From Lysobacteraceae bacterium (GTDB taxonomy: Bacteria > Pseudomonadota > Gammaproteobacteria > Xanthomonadales > Rhodanobacteraceae): a stretch of 64,000 nucleotides of DNA. The notes beneath the pieces were generated by a model. The model made no database searches. It was given only the letters and a program-made list of their open reading frames with translations, and had not been told where the DNA came from. Position numbers and translations under genes: made by a program. The stretch spans positions 615 to 64,614 of the forward strand of contig JAGWNA010000006.1 in the NCBI GenBank assembly GCA_028871555.1. The letters are read 5' to 3'. Positions 1-9,261 of the stretch are shown here, piece by piece. Every line of letters starts with the position of its first letter. Position 1 is the stretch's first letter.

Positions 1-92
1 AGGCGGCCAAGAGGCCCACTGCCAGCAAGAAAGCGAGCGCGAAGACGGCGAAGAAACCTGCCGCGAAAAAGTCCGCCGCCAAAAAGAAGTAG
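1..92 (+). CDS. 3' end of a Lys/Ala-rich (histone-like tail) protein, truncated by window start
   Basis: Frame from nt 3 reads AAKRPTASKKASAKTAKKPAAKKSAAKKK then TAG at 90-92. Confidence 0.6.
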   Translation, partial: AAKRPTASKKASAKTAKKPAAKKSAAKKK

Positions 93-191
93 GCACCACC
101 TGCCTGCGGCACGGCGTCACCGCCGGGCCGCAGGCCTTCACGTCGCATGCCGCGTCCACTCCGGCACCCACACTCAAAAGAAGCGAACACC

Positions 192-944
192 ATGTCGATC
201 AAGATCGAAAAAAAGATCACCGGCTACAGCGTGGTCAAACCCGAAGACAAGGTTGCCGCGCCCAAAGTCACCGCCGCCGCGCCGAAAGAGGCGCCGATGG
301 CCGAAGTGATCCAGATGCACGAAAGCGTGGAACGCCCCGAGACCCTGGTCGGCTCCACCTTCAAGATCAAGTCGCCGCTGTTCGAGCACGCGCTGTACGT
401 CACCATCAACGACATCGTGCTCAACGCCGGCACCAGGTACGAGCAGCGCCGCCCGTTCGAGATCTTCATCAACTCCAAGAACATGGACCACTTCCAGTGG
501 ATCGTGGCGCTCACCCGCATCCTCTCGGCGGTGTTCCGCAAGGGCGGCGACGTCACCTTCATCGTCGAGGAGCTGAAAGCCGTGTTCGACCCCCGCGGCG
601 GCTACTTCAAGGCCGGCGGCGTCTACATGCCCAGCATCGTGGCCGAGATCGGCTCGGTGGTGGAGCAGCACATGAAGAACATCGGCCTGATCCACGACCC
701 GGAGATGGACGAGGCCACGCGCAAGCTGATCGCGGAGAAGCGCGCCGCGTACGAGGCGCTCGGCGCAAAAAAAAACTCTGAAGTGAGCGGCACGTCAGCT
801 GCCCCGGGTGCCGATGCCGCCGCGTCCGAGACGCTGACCTTTCCACCCGGCTCGATGATGTGCGACAAGTGCAACACCAAGGCGCTGGTGCTGATGGACA
901 ACTGCCAGACTTGTCTGAATTGCGGGTATTCGAAGTGCGGGTAA
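192..944 (+). CDS. nrdJb: NrdJb, second subunit of split class II (B12) ribonucleotide reductase (TSCPD domain plus C-terminal Zn ribbon)
   Basis: MSIKIEKKITGY start; YVTIND...RPFEIFINSK...ALTRILSAVFRKGGD core; C-terminal CDKC...CQTCLNCGYSKCG. Confidence 0.85.
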   Translation: MSIKIEKKITGYSVVKPEDKVAAPKVTAAAPKEAPMAEVIQMHESVERPETLVGSTFKIKSPLFEHALYVTINDIVLNAGTRYEQRRPFEIFINSKNMDHFQWIVALTRILSAVFRKGGDVTFIVEELKAVFDPRGGYFKAGGVYMPSIVAEIGSVVEQHMKNIGLIHDPEMDEATRKLIAEKRAAYEALGAKKNSEVSGTSAAPGADAAASETLTFPPGSMMCDKCNTKALVLMDNCQTCLNCGYSKCG

Positions 945-991
945 CCCAATTATTGGCTTACCAGTGACCAAATACCTTGGCAGGAAAAATT

Positions 992-1290
992 ATGTCTACG
1001 TCCACTCAGCAAATCACGTATGGCCGTCATCATTCTCGCCGCCTGGATGAGATGGCAGCATGGGCTGCAAACGTCCCTCTGGGACGACCGTTATAAATTG
1101 TGGAAGGGTAACGCGCCCGCCCGCCGGCTTGAGGTGCTGGAGCCGGCGGTGGCCCTGGAAATGCTCGGATATTCCGTTGAGTGCGTAGACTCACTTGGCA
1201 ATTTCGCCGGTACACGGAGCGAGGCAGCGGGCGAAATCGACAGCAAAACGAAGGTAGTGAAAGTTTCGCGTCGGTTTCTCTCGGGACTGG
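992..1290 (+). pseudogene. Truncated ImmA/IrrE-family metallopeptidase N-terminal fragment
   Basis: Lower GC; LEPAVALEMLGYSVECVDSLG...EAAGEIDSKTKVVKVSRRF resembles the segment just before the HExxH motif of ImmA/IrrE proteins, but the motif is absent and the 5' end appears frameshifted. Confidence 0.45.
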
Positions 1291-1440
1291 CGCCGGGTTC
1301 AATTCTTTGCATCTTATGAAGTAAGCCCGACCCGGCCAGGGCGGCGCCCACGATGTCACTCGGATGCACCTTGCTCGGTACTTCCTGCTCGTCACTCTCG
1401 GCATTGCGCCGGCGCTGCGCGCTGCCGCTGTACCGCCAGT

Positions 1441-1560
1441 CGTAGCGACGAGAAACAATTGAACTCGTTCAAGGGCGACTACGAAATCCACCTGCACAAC
1501 GGCCGGATTCTCCGGCTTGGCCGCCGATATCGCGAAGCACTCTTCGCCCGCTTGGGCTGA
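1441..1560 (+). pseudogene. C-terminal fragment of a LytTR DNA-binding domain
   Basis: Reads ...SFKGDYEIHLHNGRILRLGRRYREALFARLG-stop, matching the LytTR C-terminal pattern; no matching upstream part. Confidence 0.45.
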
Positions 1561-1564
1561 TGCT

Positions 1565-1846
1565 TCAGGCGGCTTCCATCACGCGCATTTCCACATGTAG
1601 ACCGGCAGCCGCAGCCATGTTCACGAGCGCATCAAGGCCGAACAGGTTGATCTTGCCGCGCACCAAATCAGAGACCCGCGGTTGTGTTACGCCGAACAGC
1701 TTGGCGGCCTGCGCCTGGCTCATTTCGGTGCGAGCGATATGGCTCTTGAGCGCCATCATCAGTGCGGAACGCAGCTTCATGTTTTCGGCTTCAGCAGGGG
1801 TGTCCTCGATCGCGTCCCACACGCTGGCATGTCGTTGATTGCTCAT
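1565..1846 (-). CDS. XRE-family HTH antitoxin (HigA-like)
   Basis: MSQAQAAKLFGVTQPRVSDLVRGKINLFGLDALV HTH; start overlaps the toxin stop by 4 nt. Confidence 0.9.
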   Translation of the reverse strand: MSNQRHASVWDAIEDTPAEAENMKLRSALMMALKSHIARTEMSQAQAAKLFGVTQPRVSDLVRGKINLFGLDALVNMAAAAGLHVEMRVMEAA

Positions 1847-2181
1847 AGTCCCAACTCCTTTCGCAAGTCGCGGTAACGCTTGGCGGCCAAGTCCAGGTCC
1901 GGTTTGCCGGTCTTCGCTGTCTTCTTCTGGAAGCAGTGAAGCACATAAACGGTATCCGCCAACTTCGCCACATAGATGATCCTGAACGCGCCGACAGCAT
2001 CCCGTATCCGAATTTCTCTCACGCCTTGGCCCACCGTGTTCATGGGCTTCCAGTCGTCCGGATCTTGGCCGTGCTGCACTTGGTCGATCTGATGGCCTGC
2101 TTCGCGTCTTGCCGCCATTGGAAAGACGCGCAAGTCGTCAAGGGAACTGCCGCGAAACTCGACAGGCTTGGGATCGTTCAT
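1843..2181 (-). CDS. RelE/ParE-superfamily toxin (HigB/Gp49-like)
   Basis: KPVEFRGSSLDDL...WKPMNTVGQGVREIRIRD...FRIIYVAK...VYVLHCFQKKT; toxin-before-antitoxin order. Confidence 0.9.
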   Translation of the reverse strand: MNDPKPVEFRGSSLDDLRVFPMAARREAGHQIDQVQHGQDPDDWKPMNTVGQGVREIRIRDAVGAFRIIYVAKLADTVYVLHCFQKKTAKTGKPDLDLAAKRYRDLRKELGL

Positions 2182-2474
2182 GCGCGAATTATACAAATTA
2201 TTATATGTATCGACAACGCGCGCCGCGGCCTCAGTCCAGTCCATGGCCGGTTAGCCGCCTGACCGGACCGATGGAGCAAGCAGTCGTCCACGGATCGAAA
2301 CTCGTCGCCGTTGCGGCCGTAGCCCAAGGCGTACCGGGCATGGCGCAAAGACTGACCCCGAACCGCAATCGCGCATTCACGGCCGCTGCCGCCGCGTGCT
2401 TCGTGGCCGTCAGCAGAACCGCGCGCATGCAGCTGGTGTGGCGGCAGGCGGCGTCGTGCCTGGACCGTGGTCAT
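2178..2474 (-). CDS. Possible small hypothetical protein
   Basis: ORF MTTVQARRRLPPHQLHARGS...LRHARYALGYG fills an otherwise empty gap; no recognised domain. Confidence 0.3.
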   Translation of the reverse strand: MTTVQARRRLPPHQLHARGSADGHEARGGSGRECAIAVRGQSLRHARYALGYGRNGDEFRSVDDCLLHRSGQAANRPWTGLRPRRALSIHIIICIIRA

Positions 2475-2546
2475 GCCGTCATGTCGAGCACACAAAAGGC
2501 GGGACGTTTTCGATCGCATAGCCGTGAGGTCGCGGCAGGATCCGCT

Positions 2547-2786
2547 TCATCCCGAGCAGCCACCGCAACATATGGTCGGCAACTGCACCACCTGTCCGGG
2601 TGCCACTGTCCAGCCGGTTCGCCGCAGTACCTCGATCAGGTCCGTCACCGTCACGTAGGAGGATATCCGCATCACCAGGCCGCTCATGTCGAGGTCGACT
2701 ACCGCGTTCGGGTCGAGATCGAACATGACGTCCTGGACGACGCCGGGGGCGGGGCACGCATCGGTGAGTGCGATATGGAATTCCAT
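2547..2786 (-). CDS. Small HMA-like protein with CCGGCSG tail
   Basis: MEFHIALTD...; ends LPTICCGGCSG, a plausible metal or Fe-S binding tail. Confidence 0.65.
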   Translation of the reverse strand: MEFHIALTDACPAPGVVQDVMFDLDPNAVVDLDMSGLVMRISSYVTVTDLIEVLRRTGWTVAPGQVVQLPTICCGGCSG

Positions 2787-3150
2787 CGTATGGTCTCGTC
2801 TCATGCAAATCGGTGTGGTGTTGCGCGATCGCATGTTCCCCCGGCAGTGCGGTTGCCGTCCTGATCCTGGTCAGGCAGCAGAGAGGTTCGGACGCAAAGG
2901 ACGTGCCGCAAAGGGGGCGGACGTGATTGAATCGCGTGATTGCTTTGCAGCCATGGAGTGACTGCGGATGGAACGGCAACTCTTTCCCTCCGACAATGAG
3001 GACACGTGCCAGGCAGACGGGGAGATGGAGGCGGCTTCGCGCGGACAAGGCGACCGGGAAAAGGCGGCAGGTTCATTGATCCATGTGCGCTCATCGAGCC
3101 TGATCTTTTTGCGCTTCTTTTTGCGTTTGATCCGCTGCTACCCTGCGACC

Positions 3151-3750
3151 ATGATCAGAGCATGGAACACCACGACGGCCCGCCGTTCCGGCCTGACCCT
3201 TTTCGCTGTCGGCCTGCTGGCCCTGGGGGGCTGTGCCACCGCGCCGCCGCGCAACAGCCAGAACATCTGCCAGGTGTTCGACCAGTACCCGGGCTGGTAC
3301 CGCGATGCGCGTCATGCACAGCAGCGCTGGGGCACGCCGGTCAACGTGCTGATGGCGTTCGTGCAGCGGGAGTCCGGTTTCCGCGAGAAGGCCCGTCCGG
3401 CCCGGCCGCGGTTCCTGTTCATTCCGTTGCCGCGCCGGTCCAGCGCCTATGGCTACGCGCAGGCGCAGGATCCGGTGTGGCAGGAGTACCGGAAGGCGAA
3501 CGGCCGCTGGTTCAAGAGCCGCAAGGACATGGACGATTCGCTCGATTTCCTCGGCTGGTACACCGACCGCATCCACCGCGAGCTGGGTATCTCCAAGTGG
3601 GACCCACGGCATCTGTACATCGCCTATCACGAAGGCATCGGCGGCTACCGCAGCGGCCAGTGGCGGCACGACCGCCACCTGCTGCAGACCGCCGACGGCG
3701 TCGACCGGCGCGCCCGCGAATACGGCGCCCAGCTCCGGCGCTGCAGGTAG
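3151..3750 (+). CDS. Transglycosylase SLT-like lipoprotein
   Basis: Lipobox LALGGC; MAFVQRESGF catalytic-Glu motif, SSAYGYAQA, YIAYHEG. Confidence 0.8.
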   Translation: MIRAWNTTTARRSGLTLFAVGLLALGGCATAPPRNSQNICQVFDQYPGWYRDARHAQQRWGTPVNVLMAFVQRESGFREKARPARPRFLFIPLPRRSSAYGYAQAQDPVWQEYRKANGRWFKSRKDMDDSLDFLGWYTDRIHRELGISKWDPRHLYIAYHEGIGGYRSGQWRHDRHLLQTADGVDRRAREYGAQLRRCR

Positions 3751-3863
3751 ACGAAAGGGTCGCACCAGGCTCGCCGCGCATCCGGGTCAGGGCACGGTGG
3801 CATTTCAGTGAAGTGATAGAGTGCTTCGCGTTTCCTTGATGCCACGGCGGAGCGAGCGACGCG

Positions 3864-4814
3864 ATGACGACCCAGACACCCTGTCCGATCGGTACGCCCG
3901 GTACTCCCTGGGGTGTTGCGGAAGTCGCTGCCTGGCGGTCGCGGCAGGCCGTCAAGCGCAGCTATCGGGCGGACGTGCTGAGCGTGATCGAGACCCTGCG
4001 GGCGCGCTTCGATGTGGTGGAGTACGGCCAGCTGGATTACCGACCCGACAGCTACCCGCTGCTGGCGATCAGGAGCCGGCACTGGCGCGACGAACTGCCC
4101 TGCGCGCTGGTGACCGGCGGTGTGCATGGCTATGAAACCAGCGGCGTGCGCGGGGCGCTGCAGTTCGTCGAGCGGCATGCGGCGGGCTACGCGGGCAGGA
4201 TCAATCTCGTGGTGGCGCCGTGCGTGAGCCCCTGGGCCTACGAGCGCATCCACCGCTGGAACGCGAATGCGATCGATCCGAACCGCTCGTTTCGCGCCGA
4301 CAGCCCGGCGCCGGAATCGGCGGCGCTGATCCGCCTGGTCGCGCCGTTCGGCGATCGCGTACTGGTGCATGTCGATCTGCATGAAACCACCGACAGCGAC
4401 GAGTCCGAGTTCCGCCCGGCGCTGGCCTCCCGCGACGGCGTGGCGTACGTGCCGGGCGAGATCCCCGACGGGTTCTATCTGGTCGACGACAGCGAGCATC
4501 CGCAACCGGCGTTCCAGCAGGCGGTGATCGCGGCGGTGGCGAAAATCACCCACATCGCGCAGGCCGATCGGCACGGCGCGATCATCGGTTCGCCGATGGT
4601 CGCGCCGGGCGTCATCGAGTATCCGCTGCAGCAACTCGGTCTGTGTGCGAGCGTCACCGGCGCTGCGTACAAGACGACCACCGAGGTCTATCCCGACAGC
4701 CCGCGGGCCACTGCCGGGCAATGCAATGCCGCGCAGGTGGCGGCGGTATGTGCGGCGATCGATTTCGCGCTGGCGCATCCGGCGAGGGCGTCAGTCGCAC
4801 GGCGACTCCCCTGA
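3864..4814 (+). CDS. M14-family metallocarboxypeptidase (succinylglutamate desuccinylase-like)
   Basis: GGVHGYE, DPNRSF, DLHET zinc-ligand motifs. Confidence 0.85.
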   Translation: MTTQTPCPIGTPGTPWGVAEVAAWRSRQAVKRSYRADVLSVIETLRARFDVVEYGQLDYRPDSYPLLAIRSRHWRDELPCALVTGGVHGYETSGVRGALQFVERHAAGYAGRINLVVAPCVSPWAYERIHRWNANAIDPNRSFRADSPAPESAALIRLVAPFGDRVLVHVDLHETTDSDESEFRPALASRDGVAYVPGEIPDGFYLVDDSEHPQPAFQQAVIAAVAKITHIAQADRHGAIIGSPMVAPGVIEYPLQQLGLCASVTGAAYKTTTEVYPDSPRATAGQCNAAQVAAVCAAIDFALAHPARASVARRLP

Positions 4815-4932
4815 TCAGGGCAGTCCCCGATCAGGGCGGCGTTTGTATTGACCGCCGATGGGGGCAGTCATTCCGTTGGCTGCCCGTCACCGGCATGGCC
4901 GGTGATGGATCTCTCCGGCACAGCCTGCGTGA

Positions 4933-5562
4933 TTACGGTGCCGCAGCTGGCGCAGCGGCAGGCGCAGCGGCAGGTGCCGCACCTTGGCTGCCGGCAAAAT
5001 CGACCACCAGGGTCACCCGGCGGTTGGACATCCCTTCGTCGTGCGTCTTGCCCGGATCGACCTGGCGGTTCACCGCCTCGCCGTAGCTCACCGTGCGCAC
5101 CCTGTCGGCGGACAGCCCGCCGGTGTTGACCAGATAGTCGCGCACGGCTTTCGCGCGCTTCATGCCCAGGCGCCGGTTGTAACCGGCCGAACCGGCCGGA
5201 TCGGCGAAGCCTTCGACCGTGACCAGCGCGTCGGGATGGTGCTGGCTGATCACCTTGGCGAAGTCGTCGAGCAGGGGCTTGTCTTCGTCGCGCAATGTCG
5301 CCTCGTTGAAGGCGAAGTGCGCGACCGAATCCACCCGCACGCGCCCGCCCATCTCGGCGATCTTGGCGTCGTACGCGGCGAACTTCTGCTGCATTTCCTG
5401 CGTCAACGCATCGAGTTGCTGCTGCTGTTTCTGGTCGTTGGCGCGAAGCTCGGCGATGGCGGCATCGTAGTCGGTCTTTTTCACGTACTGACTGCAGCCG
5501 CTCAGCGCGATGGCGCTGAAGCCCAGTGCAACGAACGCGATGCGTGAAAGGGTGCTGACCAT
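4933..5562 (-). CDS. OmpA-family lipoprotein
   Basis: Lipobox ALSGC; HFAFNEATL...VEGFADPAG...NRRLGMKRAKAV...NRRV. Confidence 0.9.
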   Translation of the reverse strand: MVSTLSRIAFVALGFSAIALSGCSQYVKKTDYDAAIAELRANDQKQQQQLDALTQEMQQKFAAYDAKIAEMGGRVRVDSVAHFAFNEATLRDEDKPLLDDFAKVISQHHPDALVTVEGFADPAGSAGYNRRLGMKRAKAVRDYLVNTGGLSADRVRTVSYGEAVNRQVDPGKTHDEGMSNRRVTLVVDFAGSQGAAPAAAPAAAPAAAP

Positions 5563-5796
5563 AAGTCTTCTCCTCTTCGTCAGGGTGATGGCATCATCGC
5601 CATCGGATATCCGGACCCTCGGTTGTCGCCCCTGCGGGGTCCATTCTCGGCCCAGCAAGATGAACAAGCTAACCCATGCCCGCTGGAGAGTCTTGACCTG
5701 AATCAATTGCCGGGTGTAGGGATCGGGCTGGCCAGGCCATCGGGCGAAGATCGGCGGCCTGTCCCCGTCCCCGCACCGATCCACTGGAAACGCCCG

Positions 5797-6318
5797 ATGC
5801 TTCGCGACGCGACCCCCGCCGATTTCGCCGCCATCCTCGACCTCAACGAGGCTTTCGTGGCCGTGCTCAGCCCGCTGGACGGCGAACGCCTGGCGCGGCT
5901 GCATGCACAGGCGGCGCTGCATCGGGTGATCGAGCAGAACGGCCGGATCGAGGCGTTCCTGCTGGCCTTGCGCGAGGGGGCGGACTACGACAGCGTCAAT
6001 TACCGGTGGTTTGCGCAGCGTTATGCGCGCTTCCTGTATGTGGATCGCATCGTGGTCGCCGGCACGATGCAGGCACGCGGTGCCGGTCGCCGGCTTTACG
6101 GCGACGCCTATGCGCTGGCGTTGCGACACACGGTGCCGTTGCTCACCTGCGAGTTCGACCTCGTGCCGCCCAATCCGGCGTCCGCACGCTTTCATGCCCG
6201 GCTCGGATTTCATGAAGTCGGCCGGCAGCAACTCGCTGGCGGCAGCAAGACAGTCTCGCTGCAGGCACTCGATGTCGCCGCGGGCCATACCTGTCTGGGA
6301 GATGGCGGCGTCGATTAG
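5797..6318 (+). CDS. GNAT-family N-acetyltransferase
   Basis: MLRDATPADFAAILDLN; YVDRIVVA...ARGAGRRLY acetyl-CoA motif; SARFHARLGFHEVG. Confidence 0.85.
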   Translation: MLRDATPADFAAILDLNEAFVAVLSPLDGERLARLHAQAALHRVIEQNGRIEAFLLALREGADYDSVNYRWFAQRYARFLYVDRIVVAGTMQARGAGRRLYGDAYALALRHTVPLLTCEFDLVPPNPASARFHARLGFHEVGRQQLAGGSKTVSLQALDVAAGHTCLGDGGVD

Positions 6319-6380
6319 ACTCACGGGAAAGCAGTCCGTCCCTTGGTCTGCGAAGCGAAGCCCGATGGAGATCCTCGCGC

Positions 6381-7469
6381 ATGCCTGCAGATTTTTCCGA
6401 CCTGTGCATCGAGCTGGCGGAGGTCGTTTTGCCGGCCGGCAATTTCCCCGAAACCCTGCGCTTTTTCATCGGGGATCTGGGTTTCCGTCTCGACAGCATC
6501 ATCCCTGCCGACAATCCGCGGATGGCTCAGCTGAGTGGCCACGGCCTGCGGCTGCGGCTGGATGCCGCCTGCAGCGGCGATCCGGGCGTGATCCGGCTGG
6601 GCACCGCGCACGACGGTGGCCGCGAGGCGATCGTCGCCCCCAACCGCACGCGCATCGAGTTCGGGCCTGCGCGGCCCGCGATGCGTTTGCCCGAGCTGCA
6701 GGCGAGTCTGTGCATCCAGCGCTTCGACGACGCGCACGATGACTGGAAGTGCGGCCGCGCAGGCATGCACTATCGCGACCTGATCCCGGGCCGGCAGGGC
6801 GGCCAGTTCATCGCCTCGCACATCCGCATCCCCGCCGGCGGTCCGGTGGGCGACAACGTGCACTACCACGACATCCGCCTGCAGCTCATCTACTGCCATC
6901 GCGGCTGGGTGCGGCTGGTGTACGAGGACCAGGGCGAACCGTTCGTGATGCAGGCCGGCGACTGCGTGCTGCAGCCGTCGCAGATCCGGCATCGGGTGCT
7001 GGAGTCCTCGGCCGGGCTGGAGGTCATCGAGATCGGCAGTCCGGCCGAGCACATGACCCATCTGGATCACGCGATGGCGCTGCCGACCGGCCGCGACCTG
7101 CCGCAGCGCGTCTACGGCGGCGGCCAGACTTTCGTGTTTCACCAGGCGGCGCAAGCGCACTGGCGCCATCACGACGAGACCGGGTGGGAGGTGCGCGATC
7201 TGGGTATCGCGGCAGCCACCGGCGGGCTGGCCGCTGCCTGCGTGGTGCGCCGGGCGGCCTGTGCACCGCGCGACGGCGTGTCGACACGGCAGGACAAGAC
7301 TTTCGCCTTTGCCTTCGTGCTGCAGGGAAGCATGAGCCTGCACGTCGACCAGCTGCCCGGCGCGTGCCTGTCGCCGGGCGATGCGTTCGTCATTCCGGCC
7401 GGCATGCAGCAGCGCTTCGCCGACTGCTCCGACGACTGGGAGCTGCTGCAGGTGTTTTTGCCGGCATAG
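6381..7469 (+). CDS. VOC/glyoxalase-like plus double-cupin protein
   Basis: N-terminal TLRFFIGDLGFRL; GRAGMHYRDLIPGRQGG, HYHD, GDCVLQP cupin motifs. Confidence 0.75.
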   Translation: MPADFSDLCIELAEVVLPAGNFPETLRFFIGDLGFRLDSIIPADNPRMAQLSGHGLRLRLDAACSGDPGVIRLGTAHDGGREAIVAPNRTRIEFGPARPAMRLPELQASLCIQRFDDAHDDWKCGRAGMHYRDLIPGRQGGQFIASHIRIPAGGPVGDNVHYHDIRLQLIYCHRGWVRLVYEDQGEPFVMQAGDCVLQPSQIRHRVLESSAGLEVIEIGSPAEHMTHLDHAMALPTGRDLPQRVYGGGQTFVFHQAAQAHWRHHDETGWEVRDLGIAAATGGLAAACVVRRAACAPRDGVSTRQDKTFAFAFVLQGSMSLHVDQLPGACLSPGDAFVIPAGMQQRFADCSDDWELLQVFLPA

Positions 7470-7729
7470 CCGTCAGCAAGGCGATCGACGGGGGCCGGCC
7501 CGGCTTTCTTCCGGCGTGTCGGTGATTGGAACGGGCGGCGCGTACGGGATTGCAGTGGCCGCCGTTGCGCCCGACGACGACATCGCGGTCACTGCAGCTG
7601 GCCGCAAACAGGCAGGCGGATCCGATCACCCGCCGACATCGCCGCCAGTGTGCGTCTGGCGCATAAAAAAATGTCCGCTGTCAATCGCAAAATCTTCCAC
7701 GCGCATTCCAACGAACGAAATCCTGGGCC

Positions 7730-8665
7730 TCACTGCCGCCGACCCTTTTGCGCAACTGAGGGCGCAAGTACCATCGCGCGACCAGCACCCAGATCGCGCT
7801 GCATCCAGTCCAGGAATGACGTCATCCGCACCGACCCTGGCGTGAAGCGGGAATACACCAGGGATACCGGGCGCGGCGGCGGCTCGAAGGCCTGGAGGAC
7901 CCGCTTCAATTCGTCGCGCTTGATGAACGGCGCCACTTGGTAGTCCAACAGTCGCGCGAAGCCGGCACCCTCGCGGCAGGCCGCCACCGTGGCGCCTATC
8001 GTATTGCAGGTCAGTCTGCCATGCACGCGAACGCGTTGCGGGCGTCCATCCACCTGGAACTGCCAACTGCCGAGTTCACCTAGGCCGCCGTGCAGCACGC
8101 AAGGCTGGTCTTGAAGGTCCTGCGGCAGTCGCGGCGTGCCGACTCGGCGCAGGAACTTGGGGCTGGCCACGATGAGCTGATGCACCTCTGCCACCGAGCG
8201 GGCGATCAAGCTTGAGTCGGCAAGCGGCGCGATCCGGATGGCGACGTCTACACCTTCCTGAACTAGGTCCACAAGTCGGTCCAGTAAGAGCAGGCGCACC
8301 TGTACGCGCGGATGTGCCTGCATGTAGCGCGCCACCGATGGTGCTACGTGCAGTTCCCCAAAAGTCACCGGGGCAGTGCAGCAGATGACGCCCTCGGGCT
8401 GGGATCGGGTCCTCGCAAGCGCTAGGCGTGAAGCTTCGACGGCATCCCTTACCTGTTTGACGTGGGCAAGGTATACGCGCCCGTCTTCGGTGATCGACAG
8501 TCGCCGAGTGGTGCGGTGGAAAAGGCGCACACCCACCTCGCGTTCCAGCGCGGCCAAGGTCCGCACGACCGTCGGTAAGGAGGTATCGAGAGCGTCGGCC
8601 GCAGCGGTAAGGCTGCCCTTCTCAACAATGGCGACGAATACATCCATTGCATGCAGCAGATCCAT
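7730..8665 (-). CDS. LysR-family transcriptional regulator
   Basis: MDLLHAMDVFVAIVEKGSLTAAA...LEREVGVRLFHRTTRRLSIT. Confidence 0.95.
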   Translation of the reverse strand: MDLLHAMDVFVAIVEKGSLTAAADALDTSLPTVVRTLAALEREVGVRLFHRTTRRLSITEDGRVYLAHVKQVRDAVEASRLALARTRSQPEGVICCTAPVTFGELHVAPSVARYMQAHPRVQVRLLLLDRLVDLVQEGVDVAIRIAPLADSSLIARSVAEVHQLIVASPKFLRRVGTPRLPQDLQDQPCVLHGGLGELGSWQFQVDGRPQRVRVHGRLTCNTIGATVAACREGAGFARLLDYQVAPFIKRDELKRVLQAFEPPPRPVSLVYSRFTPGSVRMTSFLDWMQRDLGAGRAMVLAPSVAQKGRRQ

Positions 8666-8818
8666 ACCATCTCCATTAATTAATTCATTTCGTGAAAGAG
8701 TTTAACTCAATTGGACAAATTTATCTTCGAGCAATGGGTACCTAACATGGTTACCGCGAACCAAAGAATCCAACGGTTCGCTTATTACGACATTCCTATT
8801 TCTCTGAAAGGTCATCTC

Positions 8819-9190
8819 ATGCAAACCGTAGTCGTTATCTTTTCTGATCCCAAGTCCGGTGGCGAAGAAGCCCTGGGCCGAGCCCTCAATGCCCTGTTCT
8901 TGACCATCGAGCTCAAGGAAAAGCAGCAGGACGTGACCCTGGTGTTCCAAGGTGCGGGCGCGCGCTGGCCGGCCGAGTTCGCCAAGTCCGAGCATCCGGG
9001 TCATGCCCTCTACGCCGCGGTTAATGACAAGGCCATTGCCTGTGGCGGCTGCGCCGACGTGTTTGGCGCCACGACTGGGGCCGAGCTTGCGGGCGTGAAG
9101 CTGATTCGCGACAAAAGCATCCCGGGTACGACTGGCGTGTTGGATTTGTCGCGCTACCTCGATCAAGGCGCGCGCTTGATCACGTTCTGA
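8819..9190 (+). CDS. DsrE-family protein
   Basis: DVTLVFQGAG, ACGGCADVFG motifs; divergent from the LysR gene. Confidence 0.75.
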   Translation: MQTVVVIFSDPKSGGEEALGRALNALFLTIELKEKQQDVTLVFQGAGARWPAEFAKSEHPGHALYAAVNDKAIACGGCADVFGATTGAELAGVKLIRDKSIPGTTGVLDLSRYLDQGARLITF

Positions 9191-9261
9191 TCGAGTCCTG
9201 CCGTTTTGGCGCCAATGCTCGATTTCTGTTTCGCTAACCCATCCCGCCACGAGGCCTTGCC

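Noticed and set aside
4937-4980. 12-nt tandem repeats at the OmpA 3' end
   Set aside because: Simply encodes a low-complexity AAPA tail.
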